Shown piece by piece: positions 44,464 to 59,505 of a stretch of DNA of 64,000 nt. This stretch comes from Eledone cirrhosa (Eukaryota). The stretch covers positions 248,930,001 through 248,994,000 of the forward strand of contig OZ024740.1 in assembly GCA_964016885.1 (NCBI GenBank). The letters are read 5' to 3'. Position 1 is the first letter of the stretch; each line of letters opens with the position of its first letter. The notes beneath the pieces were generated by a model. It made no database searches. It had not been told where the DNA came from and worked only from the letters and a program-made list of their open reading frames with translations. The position numbers and the translations under genes are program-made.

Positions 44464-46405
44464 AGGAACAGCATAACTGTTAATACTAACGCATCCGATG
44501 GTTGGGGAAATCTGGCAGGGAATGCCACACCCGCTCCGAGAAGTGAAACCACACAACAGCATATAAATAGAACTAATCCTAGAAGAATTGAAAACCAAGA
44601 CGAAAATAATTCCGGGCACTGTATAATAAACATAGATCCGACTTCACCTACCCTAGACGTCGCAGGCACCAGCTAAATAAATGGGAAAGAGTCGCGCCAC
44701 CTCAATATAAGGTCAAGTAGGAACGTAGATTCTGCAGTACAACTATTGACATGGCCAATCCGGTAGGCGGTGGCGGGCTGGAGGATAAAACCATTCTGCG
44801 TGCCCATGACAGTTATGTAATACATATCCAAACAAGACAGGGACCGGGACTGGAGCCAGCACTGTGAAACGAAGCTGTTCCCACAACGTCGAAAATGCTT
44901 CGTAATAAGGGTAAGAAAGATTGTTTAAATTTATAGGATGAAGTTGAAGGAATTCAGAATAACATTATAAAATTAAAGAGTAAGAAGATTGAGAATTGAA
45001 CAAACAGAAAATTGAAAATCAAACATTTAAAAAAAAAACTTCTATAAGGTTTTGGGTTGCGGGGTTTAATTAAAGAGAGTCTTTTATGAAGAGACGTTAA
45101 TTGTATTATGTAGATCTATAATTTATCCTAGTGGGATATGTTATTCTGCATTCCTTCAACTTCATCCTATAAATTTAAACAATATTTTAAAGTTCCAACT
45201 TTCTGTCGGACTGTTGGGTGGGTTTTAATGGCGGCGCCCCCTGAGGCAAGGGCCTACTTTGAGTGCTTGGAAAAATAAATTTCCCCCTCTTTCGGTAAAT
45301 GAAAATACTCGGAGTGGCTTAATTCGCCCCGGAGCGCGGCCGGTTTTTAACCGCCACATAGTACCTTTAAATTACAGATCAAATCAGAACTATTAAAATG
45401 TTAAACTGTTTAACTTTAAATTTTCTAATTTCTTTGATATTAATTATTGATTATTAATTTTTAACTTCATCCTATAAGTCTAAACAAAAATGTAACGTTT
45501 CAATCTTCTGCTCACACATTATAACACACTGACCCCCACTATATTCACCTCTGCTAAGATACGGGTCCCTGTGAAAATTTTCTCGCGCCACTTCTGGCCT
45601 GACTGTAGTCTGACATTAATATCGACCTTTCTTCCTCTTTCTTTCTATCTTCCTTCTTGTAGCCATCAACCCTTACTCTTCTACTTCTTCCTTTTCTTCC
45701 TTCTTTTCTCCCCTCTTTCTGTCTTCCTCCCGCAGACTTATCTTCCTTCCCCCTTTTTGTTCGCCTATATCTGACCGGTAGTAGTTGTTTAGATATGGGT
45801 CCCGTAGAATAAAAAAATTTCTTCGCGACAATCCTGGCCTGACTGTAATACCGACCTTTCCTCCTCTTTCTTTCTGTCTTTCTTCTTACAGCTGACATTA
45901 ACCCTGGCTTCTCTTCTTCTTCCTTCCCCCTTCTTCTCTCTCCTTCCTTTCTTTCTTTCTTTTGTCTTGTAACTTATGTTCCCATCCCTTTCTGTTTTCC
46001 TTTATCTGACCGGTAGTAGCACACTGTGAGCCTTAGCCACGTCACTCGAGGGCGACCGGCTAAGATAGAGAGTGCAAGATAGCGGTCGCCCTCGGGTCCT
46101 CGATTTTCAGCCCCATGGATTTTATCTATTACATTCACGTATTATATTTCGAATGCCTGATGATATCACCGGATTCATACCGAACCCGGTCATTGAAATG
46201 ATCATAGTATAATAAACCTTTCAAGGATTTACACAAATCCAGCCTCCTGTCATTTCATTATAATATTTAACTCCGTAATAGCACCACCAACTACAAAAAC
46301 AAAGACGGTTGAACTGCTTTACGTTGAGTACTCTCTATATTATTACATTACGATTGACCATACGGAATAGACCAGCTCTATACAGTGGTGAACCACAAAC
46401 CTGAA
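44464..46405 (+). mobile_element. Probable long 3' region of a Penelope-like element (structured, hammerhead-bearing)
   Basis: Short open frame ending ~44676, 46-bp inverted repeat, ~235-bp tandem duplication, GC hairpin, hammerhead, then TA array; same layout as 58020-59190. Confidence 0.5.
46153..46210 (+). ncRNA. Type I hammerhead ribozyme, predicted cleavage after A46206
   Basis: atgc-CTGATGA-tatcaccgg..ccggtcatt-GAAA-tgatca-TA-gtat; palindromic stem III ATGATCAT; base of stem II imperfect. Confidence 0.75.
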
Positions 46406-46520
46406 TATATATTTATATATATATATAATATATATATCATCATTTCATTTCATTTCATTTTACGTCCGCTTTTTCCCTGCTTGCAATATATTAAAAATTG
46501 AGATCTATATATTATTAAAA

Positions 46521-46576
<56 letters not shown>

Positions 46577-46789
46577 AAAATATATGTTATTATTACATAA
46601 CCATATATAAATTTACTATTAATCAGCAACCAACAATTAATTATTAATTTTTCAATTAATTACCAATAAAAAATAATAAAAAATAAAAAATTTTATGTTT
46701 AAAATATAGGAATGTTTCTAAACCCATGGAAATTCAGAGATTTTACCGAAGAATAATCTCTTCTTCGTAATAGCAATACAGCGTGAAGG

Positions 46790-47886
46790 AAATTAAGACC
46801 GTCATCACGGTACAAACCACCGCCCACGTTGGGGAATTCTTCCTTGATAGAGAAAAGAAGGAAAAGGCTGATAAGATCAGTAATCTCTGCACAATCACTG
46901 GCGCCCATACTCACGTCGAATGGGGTACTATTAGATTTTTTTATCCAAATAGAGTCGTCGAAATTAATCACCGACTTATGGGCATTGAGGATGACATCAA
47001 CTTCGTAATCCTTAACCACTGTGAGTGTTTTAGCGAAATTGATAGCTCTAAGAAGTGGTAAAGTGATGGAGGAGTAGTAATTATTGATGTCGAATTGGAT
47101 AAAACGGCAATGTTCCTTGTTGCATATACCATTGAACCAATCAATCACCGCGAAAGAATTATTCCACAGTGTAAGAGGGGCCAAACTTCTAATTTCAGGT
47201 ATAATTCTATCTAAAATCCTTTTACTAAGTCTACCTAAATCAGACTTCATAGGGTTAATTAGCCGAATAGAGGGGTTGTTCGGGAAATTGGGTTTGTGAT
47301 CCTTCAGAGTAAAGTGGAGAGAAACAGAGGCCAGAAGTTCAGTCCGGTCCAGGATGTTGAGATCAGAGGTGATTTTAAATCCAGCATCGTTGATTTCATT
47401 AATGACGCTCCGATTAGTTTTACGGTAATCCTTAGTTACAGCATTATGTAGCAGTTGATGGTAAGTGCTGCGCTCCACTTGATATAGATTTCCAGTTTTG
47501 TTGGAGTGGACGTGCACAGCATTAGAATCCTTAATAGAACGAATTCTATTCTTCAGGTCCTGCTGGAAGAAATTAATCCTATTCCGAAATTTGATACTCC
47601 GTATGAGTTCCGAGACATCGTTTTCGAAGGGTAGCAATGCTGGGATACCCGGAGGGTTATTATAGGTTTTAAACCCAAATTTATCCTATTTGTTGTCTGC
47701 ATTTCCCTGATTATCGAAATAAAAGGCACGCCAACGCAACCTTTTAATGAATGCGTCTGTTTTCTGTATCAGGAGTTTTTGGTATGTTTTCCTGCTTGGT
47801 ACGGGTATGTTCTTTGTAGAAATATTCAGATGTTGTTTCTGCATGATGAATATAAAATCAATAGAGTGCTCAACTGAGGGAGCCAA
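46790..47886 (-). mobile_element. Penelope-like element (Naiad-type) N-terminal half, broken just after YRDDG
   Basis: ISTKNIP..FIKRLRWRAFYF N-terminus; TLKDHKPNF..RLINPMKSDLG, FDINNYYSSI, MGASD, YRDDG. Confidence 0.9.
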
Positions 47887-48360
47887 ATAGTAATAATAAT
47901 AAATTTGAAGACTATTTGGTATAAATGAAGTGATAGACTAATATTCTATTAGGTGGTTCGTGGAGACGTTCTCTGGAAATGAACGGAAAAAATGAAGATA
48001 ATACGTCATTATGTGGAGCGATGAGAACACTTACACGCAAAGACTAAACCACATATATGGTACAACTGAAGGCGTAGACTAAAATTCTCTTAAGGAAACT
48101 TCAGAGTTAAATAAATTACAGAGGTAATTGAAATTAAATATATACATGCACGCATCCCATATGTACATACACAAGCATACGCGAAAACACTCGCTATGAG
48201 TATGCAAATACAAGCACGTACACAAAAAAACACGCACGCACATACAGAACCCACGCAACACCTGTACCCGCACACATACAAACGTATACACCAAATACAC
48301 ATAAAATATATAAAAATATATATATATATATATATGTGTGTGTGCGTGTATACATATAAT

Positions 48361-51300
48361 TATCATCATCATCATCATCATCATCATTTTATGTCCGCTT
48401 TTCCCTGCTTGCAAGGGTGGGACGGGTCTTATTCAGCACAGCATCTCTCCACTCGTCACGGTCCCTCGTCATCTCCACCGTGAGCTTCAATGATCTGAGG
48501 TCTGTTCTCACCACCTCCGCCCATGTTTTTCGTGGTCTACCTCTACCACGTCTTCCTTTAACTGGCAATTCCTGGCACTTCTTCACCCATCGGTCATCCT
48601 CCATGCGCATCACATGTCCATACCACCTCAGTCTCCTCTCCCGTACACTACATTCTATCCCTCACAGACACAGTTTCTCTCTCAACACATTTATGCTGGG
48701 TCGTTCACGCACATTTACACTGCACATCCAACGGAGCATGCTTACCTTATTTCTCTCCAGCCGTCGCATATCCTCTGCAGTTGCTGCCCATGTCTCACTA
48801 CCATGCAGTATCGCGCTCCTCACACAGGCATCATACAACCGGCCTTTCGTACGCAGGGAGAAACCCTTCTTCGTCAACAGAGGAAGCAGCTCCCTAAACT
48901 TCTTCCAACCCGTCCTTATTCTAGATACTATGGCCTCGGAACACCCTCCTCCCATGCTAATCTGATCTCCTAGGTACCGGAAGCTATCCACCACTTCTAT
49001 AGCGCCCTCCTGCATTTGAAAAATGTGTCTATCAATGCGACTTCTACTGTCTAATTTCCCTGTACATCTACTGCATACATATTTCTCCCTACCTGTTAGT
49101 TTGCCTGCTATCCCGCTACATCTCTTGTGTACCCAGGATCTGCATTGTGTGCATTTTATAGAATTTATGCCAGTTCCTTTTCTGCATATCGAACATGGCC
49201 ATTCCCCTGACGGAATCAGGGTTTTGTCCTCTTTTCTACTCATCAACACTTTTGTCTTAGCTAGATTCACTCTCAGTCCTCTTGCTTCCAACTGCTGTTT
49301 CCATAGCCAGAATTTATTCTCTAGCTCCTCTACTGATTCTGCTATAAGAACCAGATCGTCAGCATAGAGAAGTTCCCATGGACAGCCAGTCTTAAACTCC
49401 TCTGTTATGGCTTGGAGGACTAGAATGAACAAGAGCGGGCTGAGGACCGAACCCTGATGTACTCCTACTTGTATCTGGAATTCCTCACTAAACTCCATTC
49501 CTACCCTGACTTTACTGAGTACCTCTGTACAAAGTTTGCCCTGTCCTCACAAGCCATTCCTCAACACCTAGCTTCCTTAGGGACCACCAGATGACAGATC
49601 GGGGTACCCTATCAAAGGCCTTCTCTAGGTCAACAAAAGCTAAGTATAGTGGCTTATTTTTCTCTAAGAACCTCTCTTGTAATTGTCTCACTAAGAAGAG
49701 GGCATCTATTGTACTTTTCCGAGGCACAAAACCAAACTGCATCTCATCTAATTTGACCCTTTCTCTAATTAGTTGCACTAATATTCTTTCTGCAACTTTC
49801 ATAACCTGATCCATCAGTTTTATGCCCCTATAATTGCTCCTATTCAGAGCATCCCCTTTATCTTTGTAGCAATTTATGAGAATACTGCTGCATCAGTCTT
49901 TGGGTATGACACCACCAAATATAGCCTGATTGATGATGCGTGCAACCAGTTTAGTGCCTACGTCCCCTGATGCCTTCAGCATCTCGGCAACTATTCCCGA
50001 TGGTCCGGCAGCCTTACCATTTTTCATTTCCCTAATCGCCTCTTGGATCCTATATTCTTCAATCTCAATAGCTGGTCCCTCTGTCGGATCTACAGAGAGT
50101 AATTTCTCTCTCTCCCCTTTGTTCTCCACATTCATCAGTCTCTCATAATGACATTTCCCGGCCTCCTTTTTCTGATCATTCGTGAAACTAAGTACACCGG
50201 CATCATCCCGGACACATTTATCTCCAACAATATCCTGATTTGCATTGACACACTGCCTTGCAATGTGGAACACCGCACGCCTCTGATCTTCCCGTCGCAG
50301 AACATTGGCAAACCTCCTACTCTCTGCCTCCCTGCGTGCTAAGTACACCTGACGTCTAGCTTCTCTCTTAGTGGCTGTATATTCTTCCCTACTCCCACCC
50401 TTTTTCCAAGCCTTCCATGCTAGTCTTTTGTCTCTAATAGCCTTATCTACTGTGCTGTTCCACCACCAGGTCACTCTCTGTCTGGTTGGAGCTCTGCTCC
50501 AGCCACAAGGTTCATCAGTAGCCTGCAGCAAGTTGTCCCGTAAGAAATTCCAGTTATTATCTATGTCATACGTCTCTAAATCGTCTTCTTTTTCGTCATA
50601 TACATCTTGAAGGGCTTTCCTAAATTTGTATTTTAGTGAAAGGTCTTTTAGCTTCCAGACCTTTCTTCTCTACACCTTCCTATATGTCTCATTCCATCTC
50701 TTGCTTACTGAGATATCACTAACAACTAACCTATGCTGTGGGGTACATTCTTCCCCAGGGTATGCCTTGGTATTAGACACTATCTGCCTGTCCCACTGCC
50801 TAACTAGTAAGAACTCAATCTGGCTTATGTGCTCACCAGATTTGTAGGTTATTAGGTGATTGGCAGATTTCTGGAAGTTTGTGTTGCAAATAGTCAATGT
50901 ACCCGCATCACAAAATTCAAGAAGTCTCACTCCTTCTTCATTTCTTGAACCGTAACCGTGCCCACCATGTACCCCAGTGTAACCATCCTGGAGCTGTCCA
51001 ACATGACCATTGAAGTCTCCTGCTAGCATAACGATGTCTCCGTCCTCTGTCATTGCGGTTGTTTGCAAAAGTTGCTCATAAAAGCAGTCTTTCTCTTCTT
51101 TGCCTAGGCCTGCTTGGGGAGCATAGACAACTAATCTAAGCTTAATTATTCGATTACTAACTCGAACTACCTCTATTGTCTTATTGATCCATTTCTCAGC
51201 CAGGAAAATGCCTACTCCCCCTAACCCATCATCCTTACCTACCCAGAATAGCTTATAGCTAAGACGCTTGCCTACGACTAGTCTCGCAGAGGCACCTCTC

Positions 51301-51640
51301 CATCTCACCTCTTGCACGCAGCACACCTCCACCTGCCTTCTCGCCTGCATCTCCGCTATTTCAGCAGATCTACCTCTGAGAGTGCCAACATTAAGTGTTG
51401 CAACTCTGAAATGCGATGTGTTCATATTTTGTTGTTCCTATTTGTTGCTGTGCTGATAAGCGTTTTGGCATTGATACACTGGTTAGATGCCCTTCCTAAC
51501 ACCAGCGCCACTTTACAGCATGGACTGGGTGCTTTTATTTGTGCCACCAGCACTAGAGAGGATGTCTTACTAGACTCAAGGGCCCTCTCTACCCCTCCAT
51601 TTTACAGCATGGTCATAAAAAAACAAAAAAAACAAACTTA
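48361..51640 (-). mobile_element. Near full-length RTE LINE family B, several stops and frameshifts
   Basis: ORF pieces 50670..51425 (APE), 49893..50531, 49512..49814, 48662..49498 (HQGSVLSP, YADD) and 48389..48613; (tga)n tail. Confidence 0.95.
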
Positions 51641-51904
51641 TTGACACAACGCGCACACACACACACACACCAACACTCATGCATACAAACCACAACCACA
51701 CACACACGCCACTCACATACCAACACTCATTCATGCATACAATCACACACACCACTCACAAACACACACACATATATATATATTACCGACAGTACTGATA
51801 CAAATACAAAATCAAAATCAATATCATGTCAACTGTTGACCTTTCCCAGTCCAGTTCAGCTTGTATATAATAATAATAATAATTGTTTGCTTTACGCTGG
51901 AACT

Positions 51905-52141
51905 TAACTTTGGAACTCGAGCATCAGACTCATCAGGAGATTTGCTCCGATCCAGACATTAAATTTTCCAAAGTGATCGCGCCAAGAATTCATTCAAAAA
52001 TGGCTAAGAATCGTGACGTAGCAGCGGTCAGGTTGGAAAGAGTGTGGTAGTTGCTTACGGCTGGTGGCTTTTTGCTAGAAAGCACAGCACAATACAGCCA
52101 AATTTGTATCTCAACCTAATGGGAGATTATTACATATAAAA

Positions 52142-52182
<41 letters not shown>

Positions 52183-52910
52183 CATACATATACGTGTTTT
52201 GCAACGGGTCACTTTGTGGCTCAATGAAAAATTGTGGTTAATAAATTAAATAATCAGAGCTATATATCATAAAACATGTCTATAGAATCACCAGATAAAA
52301 TATATACCATTTCCTCTCCCAATTAGCATAATTAACTATATAAAAAATCGAATAGACCAGGCTATAAGAATAAGGCTTCTATGAAGAAATCTCCAACAAA
52401 TAACCGAAACTAGCGCTTCGCGTCGGCCACGATGGAATATTTATCGAATATTTCGACAGCATAATCACCCAGATACAGTCAATTAAACAGAATTAGGTGT
52501 AAAATAAACTAGGAGAAAATAGAATACATTTAAATACCTCTACCATGGTTTCGTCCGCATTTTGAGATTTCTAATAATTTTGGAACTCGAGCATCAGACT
52601 CATCAGGAGATTTTCTCCGATCCAGACATTAAATTTTCCAAAGTGATCGCGCCATGAATTCATTCAAAAATGGCTAAGAATCGTGACGTAGCAGCGGTCA
52701 GGTAGGAAAGAGTGTGGTAGTTGCTTACGGCTGGTGGCTTTTTGCTAGAAAGCACAGCACAATACAGCCAAATTTGTATCTCAACCTAATGGGAGATTAT
52801 TACATATAAAAGTTTACATATATATATATATACATACATACATACATATACGTGTTTTGCAACGGGTCACTTTGTGGCTCAATGAAAAGTTAATAAATTA
52901 AATAATAATT
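51905..52910 (-). mobile_element. Retrozyme-like/pLTR tandem repeat, family H2: ~1.5 copies of a ~670-bp non-coding unit
   Basis: 51911 and 52581 begin near-identical ~300-bp blocks; the unit contains an internal TA/CATA microsatellite and a hammerhead. Confidence 0.8.
52536..52611 (-). ncRNA. Type I hammerhead with extended stem II, predicted cleavage after GUA (52541)
   Basis: Minus strand: atctc-CTGATGA-gtc..41 nt..gac-GAAA-ccatgg-TA-gaggt; palindromic stem III ACCATGGT. Confidence 0.85.
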
Positions 52911-52988
52911 AAATATATTATATATATATATATATATATACATATTATATATATATATATTATATATATATATATATTATATATATAT

Positions 52989-53030
<42 letters not shown>

Positions 53031-53043
53031 ATATATATTATAT

Positions 53044-53089
<46 letters not shown>

Positions 53090-53181
53090 ATGTTATATAT
53101 ATATATATATTATATATATGTATATATATATTATATATATATATATAATATATATATATTATATATATATATATTATATAT

Positions 53182-53213
<32 letters not shown>

Positions 53214-53239
53214 ATATATATTATATATATATATATATT

Positions 53240-54692
53240 ATGAAACAGTCAGCAAGGTTAGAATTAACAACGAATATAGTGAAGAGTTTAGTGTAAAAGT
53301 TGGTGTTCATCAGGGCTCTGTTCTTAGCCCCCTACTATTTACTATTGCCCTCCAGGCTATAACAGTGGAGTTCAAGACCGGCTGCCCATGGGAACTCCTA
53401 TACGCAGATGATCTAACGCTTATAGCTGAATCAATGGCCGAGCTAGAGAAGAAATTCCAAACATGGAAGCACAGCCTAGAATCAAAAGCCCTTAAAATTA
53501 ACCTGGCTAAGACTAAAGTTCTAGTTTGTAAGAAAGAAAATAAGGCGCCGGTCCCCTCCGGGAAGTGGCCATGCGCAGAGTGTAGGAAAGGCGTAGGTAG
53601 AAATTCCATTTTGTGTCCCAAATGCAAAGTTTGGGTTCATAAAAGATGTAGTGGGATCACAGGTAAGCTAACTAAGAACATAGATTTTACATGTGGCCGG
53701 TGTTCTGGGGCAATAAGTAGCAGCAAGTGCCCACAAAATACTAGCTCTTTCAACTGCGCAGAGGGTTCTATACAAATAGTGGACAGCTTCCGTTACCTGG
53801 GTGACAAAAAAAGCAGTGGGGGAGGGTGCTCTGAAAGTACAGTAGCTAGAGTCAGAACTGGGTGGAAAAAGTTCAGAGAGCTTATACCACTATTAGCCGC
53901 TAAAGGGTTCTCCCTAAAAATGAAAGGCAGGCTGTACGATGCCTGCATACGAACAGCAATGTTGCATGGCAGTGAGACCTGGGCATTGTGTGCAGAGGAT
54001 ATACGCAGACTAGAGAGAAACGAAGCTTGCATGCTCCGCTGGATGTGTAATAGTAATATACGTGAACGACAAAGCATAAACAAACTAAGGAAAAAATTAG
54101 AAATAAGAGGGATCAGATGTTGTTTACTAGAGAGAAGGCTACGTTGATGCGCATGAAGGACGATAGCTGTATAACAAAGTGCAGGGCAATAAAGATAGAC
54201 GGTAGCCACGGAATAGGCAGACCCAGAAAAAACCTGGGACGAGCTGATAAACTCCGACCTCACACACTTACACCTCACCAAGACAATGTCACTGGACCGA
54301 GACCTAAATACAAAGTAAAACCTACTACAGTCAGTAGGCATCTCTAACAAAATAGACCCCCGTCCACCACCCCCACCGCATCCACACCGCCCCCTTCTAT
54401 GTAAAGTTATGTTGGTGCCACACCATCCAGGCCGAAACAAATGAGATCGTGTAGGTGTCACGACAAAAAAACACACAGTCCACGCTGTAATGTGGCCGTG
54501 TAGGCAACACGGTAAAAACCTCCCAGACCCACACTGTAAATGTGGTTGGTGTTAGGAAGGGCATCCAACTGTAGAAAACCTGTCAGACAGTCCTATGCGA
54601 GCAAGACAATCACTCTTGCCTCAAGTGTGAAAACCCCCGTCCAAACCCATGCAAGCGTGGAACACGGACGTTAAACGTTGATGATGATGATG
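53240..54692 (+). mobile_element. RTE LINE family A, 5'-truncated, small internal deletions
   Basis: ORF 53365..54147, 3'UTR and tail. Confidence 0.95.
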
Positions 54693-56310
<1,618 letters not shown>

Positions 56311-56311
<1 letters not shown>

Positions 56312-59190
56312 GCTCTTCTTTAAACCTAAATTTATGGTTTGGTACTTCTGAAGTGATTGGCTGGTTCAACAAATTGGATAATAAAAACAAACTAAAATTT
56401 ATTCAATCGATATTGCCAGCTACTATTCCTCCATTTCGCCTGCACTTCTCAATAATGCTCTATCTTTCGCACTTAAATATTCTGACATCACCACAGATGA
56501 ACTTCACATCATCCTCACCGCACGTAAAACCATCCTAGAGTTCAACAACGAATATTGGACCAGAGCCGATGCCTCTAACAACTTCGACATCACAATGGGA
56601 GCATCCGATTCATCCCAATTGACTGATTTAATTGGTATCTTCATTTTGAACTCTTTGAGTCGGAAAATTCCTCAACTTCGCGGTGGAATTTATCGTGACG
56701 ATGGACTCTTTACTATCCTAAATTGCAATATATTTAAACTTAATATTATTAAGAACAATATACGTAATCTCTTTAACCAACATAACCTAAAAATTGAATT
56801 TGATAATAGTATCAAACTAGCTAATTTCTTGGATGTATCTCTTAATCTTGACACTGGCCTATATTACCCTTACCATAAAAACAATGAGAATCTTAATTAT
56901 GTTAACTTTAAATCTAACCATCCTACCAATATCAAGAATGCTATAGTTAATAATATTGGAAATAGAATATCTAACATATCTTCTAATAAAAACATCTTTG
57001 ATGCTAACGCCAATTACTATAATAACGCACTTTCTAAAGCCGGCTATCCAGATAAAATCAAATATAATAAAGAAACAAATTCTAGGAAAACTTAGAGTAG
57101 AATAATTAATCATGACCATTCCAATAATTTTAATAAAAGACCTAGATACAAAAACATAATCTGGTATAATGCTCCTTTCTCCATCTCTATTAATAACAAT
57201 ATTCCTAAATTATTTTTTAGTGCCTTAAATAAATGCTTCCCTCCCTCACATATCTATAGTAAAATATTTAACAAACACACCATCAAATTTTCGTATTCTA
57301 CATCCTCCAATATTTCCAACATCATCTCTAAACACAACAACAAAATATTAAATACTAAATCTCTTCCTTCCAATATTGAATTTCATAATAACAGTAATAG
57401 TACTCCCGACGTCATTGTAAACCCTAGGCAAACTTCTGTAAACCCAAATACAACGTCAAACACAACTTCGCTAAATGTTCATAATCCAACTCTAAATCAA
57501 GAAACTATTATTCCTATTATTCCTATCGCAAACAACTCCAATCCAATTCCTTCTATAGATAACACTAGATCACTCATTAATAATCTCTCTAATTGCAACT
57601 GCCGCATTAAAAATAAATGTCCTCTCAACAACCATTGCCTCGATAAAAACTTAATTTATGAATGTAAAATTATAACTAGCACCAATTCCTTCACCTATTT
57701 TGGCTCCACTTCCACCTCTTTTAAAGCTCGTCTCTATAATCATAATTCATCTTTCAAATACAAACTTAAAAGAACTAACACTGCTCTCTCAGAACTCATA
57801 TGGTCCTTAAAAGACAAAAACATTAAATATAACATCTTTTGGAAAAAGATTTCTTCTGCATCCTCATACTTGAACAGCTCTCTATCTAAAATCTGTAATC
57901 TCTGCCTAAATGAAAAATTTACCATTATCTCTAACCTAGAATCTATAATAAATAGACGCTCAGATTTGTTTTCTATCTGCCTGCATAAATTCCATAGAAC
58001 TTTTCACAAAGTATACAGTTAATATTCAATTCTTTATCAATTTAGAATCTTTTCTCAAAGGCACATATACATACACCTCTTTAAAATATACCCATCTACC
58101 TTACTTTAAAGGGCATTATACACTCTATAATACTCGTTTACTCATTACCCTCATTCTATCTTCTCGTAAAATAACATTTGTTTTTGACATTTTGAATATT
58201 CATCCGCAATCATTATTATTTTTTCTCTCTATCATAAATCTTTTTAATCTCAATTTCATCCTTAATTTATTATTATTTTTTTCTCCCCATCAACGAACTC
58301 ATTATTAATACATATCAATTCAATATACAAACTTTAACTTCACATTATTTTTCTCAAATCCTTCTACACACAAACCTTAACAATTTTTCTCTTCGCTAAT
58401 TTTGAAATTGCCACAATACATACATTTCTTCTTTTGACGTTAGAATATTCACCCACAATTATTATTTTTTTCTCTCTATCTTCATACATAATTTCCCTTC
58501 GTTAATTTTCAAATTCCTTTAATTTATACATTATCTTCCAACGGTTCCCAACCTCTCTATATTAAAACAATATATCTTTTTCTCAGTTATAAAAACTATC
58601 TCTTTCTCTCTATCACCCATCTCTCCCTCTCCACCTTCACTCTCATCTCCTCCCCCCTTTTTTTCATCCCCCCCCTCCCTAAATAAAATATTTTTTCCTC
58701 GCACATATCCTCCCTTCGTTAATTTTCAAAATTTTTAATTTATACAGTATCTTCCAACGGTTTTCAACCCCTCTATGTAAAAAATATATCTCCTCTCAGT
58801 TATAAAAACTATCTCTTTCTCTCTATCACCCATCTCTCCCTCTCATCTCCTTCCCTTTTCATCCTCCCCCCCCCCTCTCTAAATAAAATATTTTTCCCAA
58901 TATCACACATCAATCTAAAACCACTTTTCATATGTTGATTTAAAACTGCACTATCAACAAGTGTTTTTTTAGCCTTCATATCATGTTCTCCTGTTTTATC
59001 TGATGAAAACACAAATATTATTGCTTGATGATGTTTGTTTTTGAAATGCGCATAATAAAATATATGGAACTCCTTTAACCATCTTTTGATCTTATATTAT
59101 GCATACTCCAGTCCCACAAACTGTAGAGTGCTTCTTATCCGATATCTGCATTGCTTTATTGTACTACAATAAAACTCACCTCCTACATTA
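56311..59190 (+). mobile_element. Penelope-like element (Naiad-type), 5'-truncated, with ~1.1-kb 3' region
   Basis: MGASDS, YRDDG, FLDVSL, SNHP; IWYNAPFS; CNCRIKNKCPLNNHC..LIYECKI..YFGSTSTSFKARLYNH..CNLCLNEK..CLHK (GIY-YIG with CCHH) ending ~58021; frameshifts present. Confidence 0.9.
58992..59062 (+). ncRNA. Type I hammerhead in the PLE 3' region, predicted cleavage after A59054
   Basis: tgttttat-CTGATGA-aaacacaaatatt..gatgtttgttttt-GAAA-tgcgca-TA-ataaaata; 8-bp stem I, long stem II, palindromic ATGCGCAT. Confidence 0.88.
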
Positions 59191-59223
59191 TATATATACA
59201 TATATATATATACATATTATATA

Positions 59224-59255
<32 letters not shown>

Positions 59256-59260
59256 CATAT

Positions 59261-59294
<34 letters not shown>

Positions 59295-59303
59295 CATATT
59301 ATA

Positions 59304-59335
<32 letters not shown>

Positions 59336-59336
59336 C

Positions 59337-59389
<53 letters not shown>

Positions 59390-59452
59390 TATATATATAT
59401 ATATATATACATATTATATATATATATATACATATTATATATATATATATAC

Positions 59453-59501
<49 letters not shown>

Positions 59502-59505
<4 letters not shown>

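Noticed and set aside
45215-45360. Twister-like ribozyme
   Set aside because: TAA start present, but the conserved P4 loop and pseudoknot pairings could not be matched
57590-58021. Selenocysteine recoding as reported for some Naiads
   Set aside because: The conserved Cys positions read TGC/TGT here and in the 900-3112 element; no in-frame TGA at these sites and no SECIS recognised
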